A model generated the notes under the pieces. That model made no database searches and had not been told where the DNA came from. It saw only the letters and a list, made by a program, of their open reading frames with translations. Both the position numbers and the translations under genes were made by a program. 64,000 bases of DNA from Prolixibacteraceae bacterium. GTDB taxonomy: Bacteria > Bacteroidota > Bacteroidia > Bacteroidales > Prolixibacteraceae. This document shows, piece by piece, positions 16,217 to 26,210 of this stretch (the stretch's first letter is position 1; each line of letters opens with the position of its first letter). Location: NCBI GenBank assembly GCA_963677325.2, contig CAXXGM010000007.1:414146-478145 (forward strand), in the 5' to 3' direction.

Positions 16217-17730
16217 CAAAATTCCTTGTCATAATTTTCTGTTTTTACTTCATCCGGAGCCCATTCTTTTATTGTTATTAGTGATGGAAAGGCTCTTGGT
16301 TTGTATATCGACTGGTCATAAAATACCCTCAAACACTCCTGGATTCCTTCTGTAACACTTGGATGAGGATGAATGCTTTGGATCGCTTTGTAAAGTGGAA
16401 TATCCGAGTTGATCAGGTAGGCGATGGAAACAATAAAGGCTGAGGCTTGCGGACCCGCGGCGCGCATTCCCAGAATCTCGTCCTTGCCGTCATTGCTGAT
16501 CAGTATTTTTATGAATCCATTGGTGTTTCTCATAGCAATAGCCCTGTCCACCAACTCGTTTGAATAAAAAGCAACCTTGTAGGCGATGTTTTTCTTTTGA
16601 AGCATCTTCTCATTGGCCCCAACGGCGGCCAATTCAGGTTTAAAAAACATGAGTGTTGGCATTTTCATGTAATTCAAACCTTCGGTCGGTTTGCCATACA
16701 GAGATTCCACCACATAACGGGCCTGTTCTTCAGCAATCCCATACAGAGCTTTACGCCCTGCAACATCTCCGATTGCAAATATGTTGGAGCCTTTCTCCTG
16801 TTCGCCTTCTTCACCTTCTCCCAAAAATTTAAGATAGCCCTTTTGATCTAAAGGAACATTCGCATTCTCAAGCCCTATTCCTTCAATATTGGGTACACGC
16901 CCGATTGAAATGAGGATCGCATCAACTTCGATTACCTGGCTGTGCCCGTCATCAAAATCAAGAACCACCTCCAGATGTTCCTGTTCCTTTCGTACCGTTC
17001 GCAATGAGGCGGTATGGTGGATGATAACCCCGTTTTTGCGGAGATTCTCCGAAACAAAGTCGCTCACATCATCGTCTTCAAAAGGAATCACCCTACGGAG
17101 TCGGTCAAGGAGATGAACTTCCGTCTGCCCGAAATTTGAAAAGATGGTGGCAAATTCACATCCTACAATACCTGACCCGAGAATCATCATTCTTTCCGGG
17201 AACTTATCCAGGTTCAGTAATCCGTCTGAATCAAAGATGCGTTGCTGGTCAACCGGCAATTCCGGAAGCGGTCTTGGCCGCGAGCCGGTAGCAATAATGA
17301 TATTCTCTGCTTCGATTGTTTCCGTCCCTTGCTGGGTTTTGATCTCAAGTGTATGAGGATCCAGAAATTTTGCAAATCCCTGCTTAAAAACGATGCTTCC
17401 CAAACCCTCTTTTTTATTGGCATAAGTCTCGATCTGCGAGAGCATCTGGTATTGTTTGGTCTTCGCTGCTGTAATAACTGTTTTTTTTACCTGGTTGTAA
17501 TCAACCTGGAGTCCTGAGGCCCGGTAACCCCGGTCGATTGCTGCCGCAACGGCATAATCCGCTGAAAGTTCCCACATTGTTTTTGAAGTAAGGGCGCCGT
17601 TCATAATCCCGATCCCTCCGAGGTGCCCCGCCTCAATCAAACAAACGTTTTTATCAAAATCAACGGCTCTCATGGTCGCAGCAAAACCTCCCGGCCCGCT
17701 TCCTATTACTGCAAGATCAAATTTCGTCAT
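16216..17730 (-). CDS. Dihydrolipoyl-dehydrogenase-family FAD/NAD(P) oxidoreductase lacking the redox-active CxxxxC disulfide
   Basis: Contains the FAD motif 'DLAVIGSGPGGFAA', the NAD motif 'MMILGSGIVGCEF', and 'HPHPSVTEG' (His-Glu dyad) in the dimerisation domain. The canonical 'GGTCLNVGCIPSK' reads 'GGIGIMNGALTSK' here. I chose the start at the ATG 'MTKFD' because a -7 box sits inside the longer ORF. Confidence 0.8.
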   Translation of the reverse strand: MTKFDLAVIGSGPGGFAATMRAVDFDKNVCLIEAGHLGGIGIMNGALTSKTMWELSADYAVAAAIDRGYRASGLQVDYNQVKKTVITAAKTKQYQMLSQIETYANKKEGLGSIVFKQGFAKFLDPHTLEIKTQQGTETIEAENIIIATGSRPRPLPELPVDQQRIFDSDGLLNLDKFPERMMILGSGIVGCEFATIFSNFGQTEVHLLDRLRRVIPFEDDDVSDFVSENLRKNGVIIHHTASLRTVRKEQEHLEVVLDFDDGHSQVIEVDAILISIGRVPNIEGIGLENANVPLDQKGYLKFLGEGEEGEQEKGSNIFAIGDVAGRKALYGIAEEQARYVVESLYGKPTEGLNYMKMPTLMFFKPELAAVGANEKMLQKKNIAYKVAFYSNELVDRAIAMRNTNGFIKILISNDGKDEILGMRAAGPQASAFIVSIAYLINSDIPLYKAIQSIHPHPSVTEGIQECLRVFYDQSIYKPRAFPSLITIKEWAPDEVKTENYDKEF

Positions 17731-17751
17731 ACCATTCAAATTGCTGTTTAA

Positions 17752-17759
17752 CAAATTTA
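17752..17759 (-). promoter_or_regulatory. -7 promoter box (minus strand TAAATTTG)
   Basis: The plus strand reads 'caaattta', 22 nt upstream of the ATG at 17730. Confidence 0.4.
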
Positions 17760-17813
17760 ACAAAGTTTCAGATGGGAAAGGAAGATTTTTTTATCTGAAA
17801 GGAATATTCAACT

Positions 17814-17838
17814 AATTAACGTGAGTTCGATCTAAACT
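17814..17838. repeat. Solo copy of the ~20-nt terminal motif of the MITE-like element (aacgtgagttcgatctaa)
   Basis: Near-identical to the ends of the element at 29096-29338 and to 50514-50535. Confidence 0.6.
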
Positions 17839-18596
17839 AAGGCACTTGATTTTTCTAAATAATAGTTGTGAAACAGCATCGTAAGTTTTAAATTAAAGAA
17901 AATAAGTCAATCATAAATGATTTTAACAGGCCAACTATGAAGTTGAAATAATGTTGAAATTAATTATTGAATAATTATTTATTATTTAACTGATTATTAT
18001 GATATTATATCTGATAATTAGTTGATTTAATTGCGAAAATTAAAATTAGGTATAAGGGGCTAAATGTTAACCGGCGAATGCAAGTAGATGTTTATATATT
18101 CAAACTCCCTTGTTCAAAAGAAACCGATCAATTTTTAATTTGATTCAAAGCAGAGTTAAGATTACACTCTCCAATTTGTATTTTCCCCTATACCAGCTCC
18201 GTACCAAGTCCGGTATCGGACTTATTTTTTGCTTACTGCACGAGGCCGGAGAATATTCGATCCGATCATTGAGAATAAGCTCAGGGGGTATTTATTGCAT
18301 CACAACGGATAAAAACATCATAATACAAAGGTATTCAAATTATTAAACAGGTAAAAAATAAAATATGGCAACGATATTGCAATCCTGTGTCTTCGCTGAG
18401 ACCGAACTCATATTAAATTATTGAAATTATGTATATTCATTGAATCTTTTTATAACTTTGCTTAAGTTATAAAATATCCATTGCACTCTTTCACTTATCT
18501 AAAAAATAAAAGAATACTAATCAAACAAGTCGTTCGAATTTTTTAATTTAACATTTATTTGATATTGAAATTCCTTTGGGACAGTCTTTAAATCTC

Positions 18597-18604
18597 TAAA
18601 TTTG
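18597..18604 (+). promoter_or_regulatory. -7 promoter box TAAATTTG for the CoA-transferase/mmd operon (a second candidate, TAACTTTG, lies at 18453-18460)
   Basis: Matches TAnnTTTG, 29 nt before the ATG at 18633. Confidence 0.45.
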
Positions 18605-18632
18605 CGGCAAAATTTAATCGCAATATTTTAGT

Positions 18633-19940
18633 ATGAAAGAAGTTAAATATGTATCTGCAAAAGAGGCTGTAAGCGTAATTAAATCCGGCGATCGTGTTCA
18701 CTTAAGTGCGGTCGCAGTTACTCCGTTGAAACTGATCGATGCCATGGTCGAAAGAGGCCGCGCCGGAGAAATAAAAAATGTAACTATACAACACATTCAC
18801 ATCGAAGGGCCTGTTGAATTTGCAAATCCTGAATTTGAAGGTATATTTAATTCTTCTCAGTTTTTTGTGGGAGCAAATATGCGTAAGCAAACCCAATCAG
18901 GGTACGCCGATTATGTTCCTGTTTTCCTCAGTGAAACCCAGAAACTGATCCGTGATGGGTATTTGAAGGTGAATGTAGCGATGATCATGGTTTCTCTCCC
19001 TGATAAACACGGATTTGTATCACTTGGGACTTCAGTCGATGCGACCCGTGCTGCAGTCGAAAATGCTGATACTGTAATTGCATTGGTTAATCCTAATGTT
19101 CCGCGATGCTGGGGTGATGCTATGATCCCATTGAGCATGATCGATATTTTTGTTGAGGACGATTCTCCACTATATGCCGTAAACCAGGCTCCACTTTCTG
19201 ATACTGAAAAACTGATTGGTATCAATGTCGCCAACCTGGTTGAAGATGGCGCCTGTTTGCAACTGGGTATCGGCGGGATCCCCAATGCAGTGCTTGCCCA
19301 ATTGGGAAATCACAAGGACCTTGGGGTTCATAGTGAAATGTTTGCTGATGGTATTCTTCCTTTGGTGGAAAAGGGAGTAGTCAACGGGAGTAAGAAAAGA
19401 GTTGATAAAGGAAAGATGGTAGCCTGCTTCCTTTTGGGATCAAAGGCTCTTTATGATTTTGTGGACGACAACCCAATGGTGGCCATGATGGATGTTGCTC
19501 ATACAAATGATGTTAAGACGATTCGTAAACTGGATAAAATGACCGCCATCAACTCGGCTTTAGCCATTGATCTTACCGGCCAGGTATGTGCAGATTCTAT
19601 CGGAATTAAACATTTCTCAGGCGTTGGTGGCCAGATAGACTTTATCCGCGGCGCAGGTTATTCATTAGGAGGAAAACCAATTATTGCTATGTCTTCTCAA
19701 ACTCCAAAGGGAATATCAAAGATTTCGCCTGTACTGATGGAAGGATCGGGAGTGGTATCCACCAGGGCTAACATGCATTGGGTAGTAACCGAATACGGGG
19801 CAGTAAACCTTTACGGCAAGACTCTCCAGGAAAGAGCTAAACTGCTTACATCAATTGCACACCCCGATCATCGTGATATGCTGGAAAAAGCTGCCTTCGA
19901 AAGATTCGGCCCGCATTATCATTTTATTCCTGAAATTTAA
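18633..19940 (+). CDS. Acetyl-CoA hydrolase/transferase-family CoA-transferase (4-hydroxybutyrate / succinate-propionate CoA-transferase type)
   Basis: 435 aa. 'LQLGIGGIPNAV', 'HSEMFADG' and 'SGVGGQIDFIRGA' are typical of this family. It is the first gene of an operon with mce/mmdA. Confidence 0.8.
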   Translation: MKEVKYVSAKEAVSVIKSGDRVHLSAVAVTPLKLIDAMVERGRAGEIKNVTIQHIHIEGPVEFANPEFEGIFNSSQFFVGANMRKQTQSGYADYVPVFLSETQKLIRDGYLKVNVAMIMVSLPDKHGFVSLGTSVDATRAAVENADTVIALVNPNVPRCWGDAMIPLSMIDIFVEDDSPLYAVNQAPLSDTEKLIGINVANLVEDGACLQLGIGGIPNAVLAQLGNHKDLGVHSEMFADGILPLVEKGVVNGSKKRVDKGKMVACFLLGSKALYDFVDDNPMVAMMDVAHTNDVKTIRKLDKMTAINSALAIDLTGQVCADSIGIKHFSGVGGQIDFIRGAGYSLGGKPIIAMSSQTPKGISKISPVLMEGSGVVSTRANMHWVVTEYGAVNLYGKTLQERAKLLTSIAHPDHRDMLEKAAFERFGPHYHFIPEI

Positions 19941-19978
19941 TATAACTGAATAAAAGAACGAACTTTTAAAATATATAA

Positions 19979-20383
19979 ATGATGAAAGCAAAACGCATAG
20001 AGCATATTGGAATTGCAGTAGAAAATCTTGAAGCTGCTGTTTCTTATTATGAAACTCTTTTAGGTACTACTTGTTATGCTATTGAAGAAGTTGCAGATCA
20101 AAAAGTTAAAACAGCTTTCTTTAAAGTTGGAGAAACTAAAATCGAACTTCTTGAATCTACTGATCCTCAAGGACCCATTGGAAAATTCATTGAGAAAAAA
20201 GGACAGGGAATACATCACATCGCTTTTGCCGTTGACGATGTTAACAATGCTTTGCAGGAAGTTAAAGAAGCAGGCATACAGGTTATTGATCAACAGGGAC
20301 GTAAGGGAGCAGAAGGTCTCACAATTGGCTTTTTACATCCGAAATCAACATTTGGAACTCTTACTGAATTGTGCAGTGAGTAA
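19979..20383 (+). CDS. mce: Methylmalonyl-CoA epimerase (VOC/glyoxalase fold)
   Basis: 134 aa. 'IEHIGIAVENLEAA', 'KIELLES' and 'GIHHIAFAVDD' match, and it sits directly upstream of the carboxyltransferase. Confidence 0.85.
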   Translation: MMKAKRIEHIGIAVENLEAAVSYYETLLGTTCYAIEEVADQKVKTAFFKVGETKIELLESTDPQGPIGKFIEKKGQGIHHIAFAVDDVNNALQEVKEAGIQVIDQQGRKGAEGLTIGFLHPKSTFGTLTELCSE

Positions 20384-20401
20384 TTATAAACTATCTTTAA
20401 A

Positions 20402-21961
20402 ATGAGCAATCAGGACAAAATCAGACAGTTGATCGACCTTCGGGCGAAGGCCAAATTGGGTGGCGGGGAAAAAAGGATTCTGACCCAGCATTCAAAGAAT
20501 AAACTTACCGCACGTGAACGTATCGATTTGATTCTTGATGAAGGAAGCTTCGAAGAGTTTGATATGTTCGTTACCCATCGTTGTACCAATTTCGGAATGG
20601 AGAATAAAAAATTTCTCAGCGATGGTGTTGTAACTGGTCGTGGAACCATTGATGGCCGTACTGTTTTTATTTTCTCCCAGGATTTTACTGTATTCGGAGG
20701 ATCTCTTTCCGAAACTTATGCACAAAAGATCTGCAAAGTAATGGATATGGCCATGAAAGTGGGTGCTCCGGTTATTGGAATCAATGATTCCGGCGGTGCG
20801 CGAATCCAGGAAGGCGTCAATTCCCTGGCCGGTTATGCTGAAATCTTTCAGCGCAACATCATGGCTTCAGGAGTTATTCCGCAAATTTCTGCGATCTTTG
20901 GACCCTGTGCCGGTGGCGCAGTTTATTCGCCTGCACTGACTGACTTTATCGTAATGAGTAAGGATACCAGTTATATGTTTGTAACTGGTCCCAAGGTGGT
21001 GAAGACGGTGACCGGTGAAGAAGTTACTGATGAACAGCTGGGAGGGGCAGTTGTCCATGGCTCAAAATCAGGCGTAACTTCCCTTATTGCTGATAATGAA
21101 GAAGAAGGATTGCTCCTGATTCGTAAACTTCTGTCTTATTTACCTCAAAATAATCTTGAAGATCCGCCAATTGCTTTTTGTGATGATCCGATTGATCGTC
21201 TGGATGATAATCTGAATGAAATAATTCCTGAGAATCCGAATAAACCTTATGATATTAAAGATGTAATTCATTCTATCGTGGATTATGGCGAATTCCTCGA
21301 GATTCATCGTAACTATGCCCAGAATGTTGTAGTCGGTTTCGCCAGATTTAACGGAATGCCTGTCGGTATTGTTGCCAATCAGCCTGCATATCTCGCCGGA
21401 GTACTGGATATCAATGCTTCAAGAAAGGCAGCAAGGTTTATCCGTTTCTGTGATGCATTCAATGTCCCATTGGTAACTCTTGAAGATGTACCCGGATTCT
21501 TGCCTGGAACGGCACAGGAATATGGAGGTATCATCATTCATGGAGCCAAACTTCTTTACGCATACGGGGAAGCTACAGTACCAAAAATCACCGTTATTCT
21601 TCGTAAAGCTTATGGCGGCGCTTATTGTGTGATGAGTTCAAAGCATCTTCGCGGAGACCTCAACTATGCATGGCCACAGGCTGAAATTGCTGTAATGGGC
21701 CCCAAAGGCGCTATTGAAGTGCTTCATAGCAAGGAAATAGCTAAAATGACTGATGATGCTGAACGTGAGGCGTTTATTAAACAGGCAGAGGAAGAATATA
21801 AAAATGAATTTGCCAATCCGTATAATGCTGCTAAATTCGGCTATATAGATGATGTCATTGAACCACGTAATACCCGTTTCCGTATAATCAGGGCCTTACA
21901 AGCTTTGGCGACCAAGAAGGATTTCATGCCTGCTAAAAAACATTCTAATATTCCGTTATAG
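20402..21961 (+). CDS. mmdA: Methylmalonyl-CoA decarboxylase alpha subunit / acyl-CoA carboxyltransferase
   Basis: 519 aa of the carboxyltransferase family ('[16 protein letters not shown]', '[12 protein letters not shown]', '[11 protein letters not shown]'). The stop is TAG. Confidence 0.85.
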   Translation: MSNQDKIRQLIDLRAKAKLGGGEKRILTQHSKNKLTARERIDLILDEGSFEEFDMFVTHRCTNFGMENKKFLSDGVVTGRGTIDGRTVFIFSQDFTVFGGSLSETYAQKICKVMDMAMKVGAPVIGINDSGGARIQEGVNSLAGYAEIFQRNIMASGVIPQISAIFGPCAGGAVYSPALTDFIVMSKDTSYMFVTGPKVVKTVTGEEVTDEQLGGAVVHGSKSGVTSLIADNEEEGLLLIRKLLSYLPQNNLEDPPIAFCDDPIDRLDDNLNEIIPENPNKPYDIKDVIHSIVDYGEFLEIHRNYAQNVVVGFARFNGMPVGIVANQPAYLAGVLDINASRKAARFIRFCDAFNVPLVTLEDVPGFLPGTAQEYGGIIIHGAKLLYAYGEATVPKITVILRKAYGGAYCVMSSKHLRGDLNYAWPQAEIAVMGPKGAIEVLHSKEIAKMTDDAEREAFIKQAEEEYKNEFANPYNAAKFGYIDDVIEPRNTRFRIIRALQALATKKDFMPAKKHSNIPL

Positions 21962-21971
21962 TACTTTTATT

Positions 21972-22424
21972 ATGACAAAGAAAAGATGTAGTTTATTGAA
22001 AATAGGTCTTTCCCTGTTTTCGTTGATGGGGATAATGGGACCTGGCTTCTCTCAGAATGCGGTGACAAACACAAATCAATCCGATGTTGGAAATGCGGTT
22101 GTTTATAACCAAAGCGGAATCGGAACCTCCATTTTAATTGTCTTTGCCGTTTTGATTATTGTTCTTCTGGTATTTAAATATTTTGGGAAATTAATGGCAG
22201 GAGAGGATAAAAAGCCGGTTCACGATGAAGTAAAATCTGAAGTTCCTGTTGTTGCTAAAAATGACGTGGAAGGTGAAGTGCATGCGGCTATTGCGATGGC
22301 CCTTTATTTATACAGCAATGAATTACATGATCAGGAAAATCCTGTGATTACCATGATAAAAGTTTCACGGACTTATTCACCATGGAGTTCTAAAATATAT
22401 GGATTAAGAAAATCACCAAGATAA
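21972..22424 (+). CDS. OadG/MmdD-like small membrane subunit of the Na+-pumping decarboxylase
   Basis: One central TM helix, the C-terminal 'SPWSSKIYGLR' motif seen in Bacteroidota OadG-like proteins, and a position between mmdA and the biotin carrier. Confidence 0.6.
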   Translation: MTKKRCSLLKIGLSLFSLMGIMGPGFSQNAVTNTNQSDVGNAVVYNQSGIGTSILIVFAVLIIVLLVFKYFGKLMAGEDKKPVHDEVKSEVPVVAKNDVEGEVHAAIAMALYLYSNELHDQENPVITMIKVSRTYSPWSSKIYGLRKSPR

Positions 22425-22436
22425 AAGGCTCTTAAA

Positions 22437-22877
22437 ATGAAAAAATTTAAGTTTACCATAAACGGGAATCAATATGAGGCTGAAATTGCAAATATTGAAG
22501 AAAACAATGCTGAGGTCATTGTCAATGGTGTAAAATATAATGTGGAAATGCAGTTAAGTACACAGATTTCCAAGACTCCAAAATTAGTACGTAGTGTTTC
22601 AGTCCCTTCTACTGATGTTCATCCATCTGTTGCAAAAACCAGAAACCCTTCGGCTCCCAAAGGGGGCGGAAATATTCAGTCCCCTCTGCCAGGAACCATT
22701 CTTGACATTCTTGTGAATGAAGGAGATACTGTTAAAATTGGCCAGCGTCTTCTTGTCCTTGAAGCAATGAAGATGGAAAACAATATTGAAGCGGATAAGG
22801 CTGGAACAATTCTTTCGATTGCAAAGAAGAAGGGTGATGCAGTTATGGAGGGTGATATCCTGATTGTAATAGGATAA
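22437..22877 (+). CDS. Biotin carboxyl carrier protein (MmdC-like)
   Basis: C-terminal biotinyl domain with 'LLVLEAMKMENNIEA'. Confidence 0.85.
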   Translation: MKKFKFTINGNQYEAEIANIEENNAEVIVNGVKYNVEMQLSTQISKTPKLVRSVSVPSTDVHPSVAKTRNPSAPKGGGNIQSPLPGTILDILVNEGDTVKIGQRLLVLEAMKMENNIEADKAGTILSIAKKKGDAVMEGDILIVIG

Positions 22878-22900
22878 ATCTTTCAAAACATAAAAGATAA

Positions 22901-22930
22901 AAAAGCGGTCAATCTGATCGCTTTTTTTAT
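22901..22930. terminator. Bidirectional terminator candidate (aaaagcg...cgctttt flanked by A and T runs)
   Basis: Short stem with flanking A6/T7 runs, between convergent genes. Confidence 0.45.
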
Positions 22931-22937
22931 TTTCCAA

Positions 22938-23525
22938 TTATTGTTTCTCTTTTTCTTTTTTAGAATATACTTTAGCCGCTGTTTCCAATTCAGAATACCA
23001 CTTTGGTCCATATCTTCTGATGAGAGGTTCCTTTAAATATTGCCATAATGGAATACGGCTTATTCTCCCGTAGCTGCGCCCACCCTTACAGATATCCAGC
23101 TGCTGATAATTCAATGCGTCAAATCGCTTGTATTCGGTGATTCTGATGGGGAATAAATGACAGGAGACCGGCTTCCTGAATGCAATTTTTCCCTCCAGGC
23201 AAGCCCTTTCGATCGCACATTTTGTATTTCCTGCTTCATCCACAAACGTGTATACACATTCATTGTTTCCTACCAGAGGAGTAACGAGATCGCCATCCTT
23301 GTCAATAACTGAAAAGCCCTGTTTTTTAATTTCGTCTCTGTTCCTATCTGAAAGATAACTTTCAAATTCAGGATACGATTGTTTTATCGCGTTTACTTCT
23401 TCTACAGTGACCGGGGCTCCGCTGTCACCTTCTATGCAGCAGGCTCCCTGACATTTTTCCAGGTCACAGCAGAACTCTTCTTCGAGGATATCAAGACTTA
23501 TAATTGTTTTATCTATTTGCAGCAT
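22938..23525 (-). CDS. DUF3109-family Cys-rich protein
   Basis: 195 aa with 'FCCDLEKCQGACCIEGDSGAP' near the N-terminus. The pattern is recalled for DUF3109. Confidence 0.55.
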   Translation of the reverse strand: MLQIDKTIISLDILEEEFCCDLEKCQGACCIEGDSGAPVTVEEVNAIKQSYPEFESYLSDRNRDEIKKQGFSVIDKDGDLVTPLVGNNECVYTFVDEAGNTKCAIERACLEGKIAFRKPVSCHLFPIRITEYKRFDALNYQQLDICKGGRSYGRISRIPLWQYLKEPLIRRYGPKWYSELETAAKVYSKKEKEKQ

Positions 23526-23560
23526 GTATTATTCCTCCCGGAAACATTTGTCTGAACTGG

Positions 23561-23622
23561 GATTAAGCAGATTAGAAGATTATGCAGATTGTTCCGGCTA
23601 TAATCTACTGTATCTGCTTAAT
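23561..23622 (-). terminator. Long hairpin downstream of gpmI (gattaagcagat ... atctgcttaatc, with an inner agattat/ataatct pairing)
   Basis: 12-bp perfect outer stem, read directly, 7 nt after the gpmI stop. Confidence 0.5.
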
Positions 23623-23628
23623 CTGAAT

Positions 23629-25161
23629 TTATTTTTGTATTAAAACTTTACCTGTCATTTCATCTGGAACAGGTAATCCCATTATCGTCAGTAAAGTCGG
23701 AGCTACATCCGCAAGAATTCCATTTGCAGCTTTACTGTTTTTGTTTTGTGTAATCCAGATGAAAGGAACAGGATTCAGCGAGTGGGCTGTGTTTTCAGAA
23801 CCGTCAGGATTAAGTGAATTGTCTGCATTCCCGTGATCGGCAATAATCACCACCTCATAACCGTTGGCAACAGCTGTCTCAACCACTTCTTTTACGCATT
23901 GATCAACAGTTTTCACTGCTGCTTCAATTGCGGTATAGATACCGGTGTGTCCTACCATATCTCCATTGGCAAAGTTGAGGCAGATAAAATCGGCACTTTT
24001 TTTATTCAGCTCGCCCACAATGGCATCCTTTACCAGCAGTGCCGACATTTCCGGCTGAAGATCGTAAGTTGCTACTTTAGGTGAGGGAATCAGCATCCTT
24101 TGTTCTCCATCAAACACCTTCTCGCGGCCGCCTGAGAAGAAAAATGTAACGTGAGCATATTTTTCAGTTTCAGCGATACGTATTTGTTTTAAACCTGCAT
24201 TGGACACGACTTCACCTATTGTATTGGAGACATTATCCTTATTAAATATGACTTCAATACCCTTAAAACTTTCTTTGTAATTGGTCATCGTGTACCATTG
24301 CAGAGGAATTGTTTTCATTCCCTGTTCAGGATGTTCCTCCTGTGTAAACACAATAGTCAGTTCACGAAGGCGGTCTGTCCGGTAATTGAAACAAATGACC
24401 ACATCTCCTTCTTTGATGATGGTAAGGGGTTGGTTATTCTCATTTGTTATAACAACAGGACGGATAAATTCATCGGTAATGCCTTTGTCGTATGATTCAC
24501 GTACGGCAGATAGGATATCCTTATATTTTTCTCCTTCCGCTTTTGTCAGAAGATCATAAGCCAGTTTTACCCTGTCCCAGTTGCTGTCGCGGTCCATTCC
24601 ATAATAACGGCCAACGAGAGTTGCAAATTTTGCATTGGTTTTTTCCAGTGCTTTTAAATCCTCTTCTATGAATCCATAGGCTGAACGGGGATCAGTATCC
24701 CGGCCGTCGGTCAAGGCATGGACAAAGATATTTTCCAACCCTATTTCCGTGGCAATCTGGGCCAGCGCAATCATATGTGAACTTAAGGCATGCACTCCTC
24801 CTGGGCCTATCAAACCGATCAGGTGTACCTGCTTGTTATTTTCCTTGGCATAATGATATGCTTTCAGAATCTGGGGATGCTTCCAAAGTGTTTTTTCCCT
24901 TACTGCCTTATTAATTTTAACCAGATCCTGGTAAAGAACCCTGCCAGCACCGATATTCAGGTGGCCAACTTCTGAATTTCCCATTTGTCCTTCCGGCAAG
25001 CCCACTTCTTCGCCGCAGGCCAGAAGCTGACTGTGGGGATAGTTTTTATACAATGAATCTATAAAAGGGGTGGGTGTGGAATAGATTACATCCGAGTTTG
25101 TATGGTCTCCAATTCCCCAGCCATCGAGGATCATCAGCATTGTTTTTTGAATATCAGCCAT
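23629..25161 (-). CDS. gpmI: 2,3-bisphosphoglycerate-independent phosphoglycerate mutase
   Basis: 510 aa with '[10 protein letters not shown]', '[14 protein letters not shown]' and 'ADHGNAD'. Confidence 0.92.
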   Translation of the reverse strand: MADIQKTMLMILDGWGIGDHTNSDVIYSTPTPFIDSLYKNYPHSQLLACGEEVGLPEGQMGNSEVGHLNIGAGRVLYQDLVKINKAVREKTLWKHPQILKAYHYAKENNKQVHLIGLIGPGGVHALSSHMIALAQIATEIGLENIFVHALTDGRDTDPRSAYGFIEEDLKALEKTNAKFATLVGRYYGMDRDSNWDRVKLAYDLLTKAEGEKYKDILSAVRESYDKGITDEFIRPVVITNENNQPLTIIKEGDVVICFNYRTDRLRELTIVFTQEEHPEQGMKTIPLQWYTMTNYKESFKGIEVIFNKDNVSNTIGEVVSNAGLKQIRIAETEKYAHVTFFFSGGREKVFDGEQRMLIPSPKVATYDLQPEMSALLVKDAIVGELNKKSADFICLNFANGDMVGHTGIYTAIEAAVKTVDQCVKEVVETAVANGYEVVIIADHGNADNSLNPDGSENTAHSLNPVPFIWITQNKNSKAANGILADVAPTLLTIMGLPVPDEMTGKVLIQK

Positions 25162-25200
25162 GTTATTTTAATAAATTGAAATTCAGAAATTAAATTGCCG

Positions 25201-25208
25201 CAAAAATA
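25201..25208 (-). promoter_or_regulatory. -7 promoter box (minus strand TATTTTTG)
   Basis: The plus strand reads 'caaaaata', 40 nt upstream of the gpmI ATG. Confidence 0.4.
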
Positions 25209-25471
25209 GATTTTTCCTTCCATTTGGAACCGGTTGAACTCAACCAATTCTGTTTTTTTAAAAAATTCTTCACATTAAAAGGAGGATTTGTCCCGGATGG
25301 AATAAATTGATCTGCTCAATTCGCTTTCAGGCGGGAGTAGAATCGTACTGTTTATGTATTTGTAGCGTACTTTATTTGGTATACATACAAATGAGATACG
25401 GATCAGATAAGGACATGGTACGAACAAACTCCGAAGTTGATATAGCCGGGGTACGAAGATGATATAAAGAG

Positions 25472-25503
25472 AAATCCTCATCTGAATCGTCAGATGAGGA
25501 TTT
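25472..25503 (-). terminator. Terminator hairpin (perfect 14-bp stem aaatcctcatctga/tcagatgaggattt, 4-nt loop)
   Basis: Read directly. It lies 30 nt downstream of the stop of the DUF1573 gene, followed on the minus strand by 'ctctttat'. Confidence 0.7.
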
Positions 25504-25532
25504 AACCGGTTTTATCTGAGTGAGTTGATGTA

Positions 25533-25958
25533 TTATTTTACTGTTCCTTTTATTTGTAATATCACCGGGTTGGGATCTGCATTGGTTTTAACTGTGATCG
25601 TTTTAATGAAATTTCCAGGTGCTGCAGCATTGTAAGTGGCTGATACTGTTGAAGACTTTCCCGGAAGTATCGGTTTTTTTGAATATTCCAGGTTCGTACA
25701 ACCACAGGAGGCTTGGGCTGATGTGATTACAAGTGGCTCTTTGCCGTTATTGGTAAGGGTAAATTCAGCCGTTTTTGGAATATTCTGAGCTATTTCACCG
25801 AAATCATTAACAATTTTATCCCATTTTGCAATAGGAGCATCGGGATTAACCGGAGCTGCTTGTGGGGCCGGTGCAGCTGGTGCAGCAGACTGGGTCTGAG
25901 CATTAAGCTGCATTAAACCCAAAAAAGGAATAACAAATAGAATTAGAAATTTTTTCAT
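25533..25958 (-). CDS. Exported DUF1573-domain protein
   Basis: Signal peptide, an Ala/Pro-rich linker, and 'ITSAQASCGCTNLEY', the CGC motif characteristic of DUF1573. The start could be 25958 or 25970. Confidence 0.75.
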   Translation of the reverse strand: MKKFLILFVIPFLGLMQLNAQTQSAAPAAPAPQAAPVNPDAPIAKWDKIVNDFGEIAQNIPKTAEFTLTNNGKEPLVITSAQASCGCTNLEYSKKPILPGKSSTVSATYNAAAPGNFIKTITVKTNADPNPVILQIKGTVK

Positions 25959-26179
25959 TATACTATACATTGATAAATTCTACGGGCAAAGATGATAATT
26001 TTTTTTGGAATCCTTTTATGATAAAAATGTAAAACAATCTAAATGAATGTAAAAGAACTATAAAAAGGATACCGTTTGCAGGAGACACATGTCCTTTCAG
26101 CGGTTCGAACTATGATCTTGTCAGGTCGGGGCGCCTGGTATCTTAAGATCAGACACTGAGAATATTTTTAATATTTATT

Positions 26180-26187
26180 TACATTTG
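26180..26187 (+). promoter_or_regulatory. -7 promoter box TACATTTG
   Basis: Matches TAnnTTTG, 24 nt before the ATG at 26211. Confidence 0.45.
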
Positions 26188-26210
26188 TGAGGACGTTAAT
26201 TATACTTTCC

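Noticed and set aside
16216-17763. The longer start (17763, 'MLNLLNSNLNGM..') for the Lpd-like gene.
   Set aside because: A TAAATTTG promoter box (17752-17759) lies inside the extension. The Rossmann motif follows directly after the ATG at 17730, as in family members.
18110-18346. A 78-aa ORF in the long AT-rich gap.
   Set aside because: Its composition is odd and it has no promoter box or family motif. It also spans the terminator-like hairpin at 18204-18230.
25275-25481. A 68-aa minus-strand ORF between gpmI and the DUF1573 gene.
   Set aside because: It lies across the TTCGTA-type repeat and the terminator hairpin, and its translation is low-complexity.
26060-26160. A tRNA-like 'ggttcgaa' T-loop motif and a 'gtcaggtc' SRP-RNA-like string in the divergent promoter region.
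   Set aside because: The flanks of 'ggttcgaa' do not form a T-arm or acceptor stem. The SRP domain IV consensus (GGAA tetraloop, AGCA) is absent. Only short local hairpins remain.
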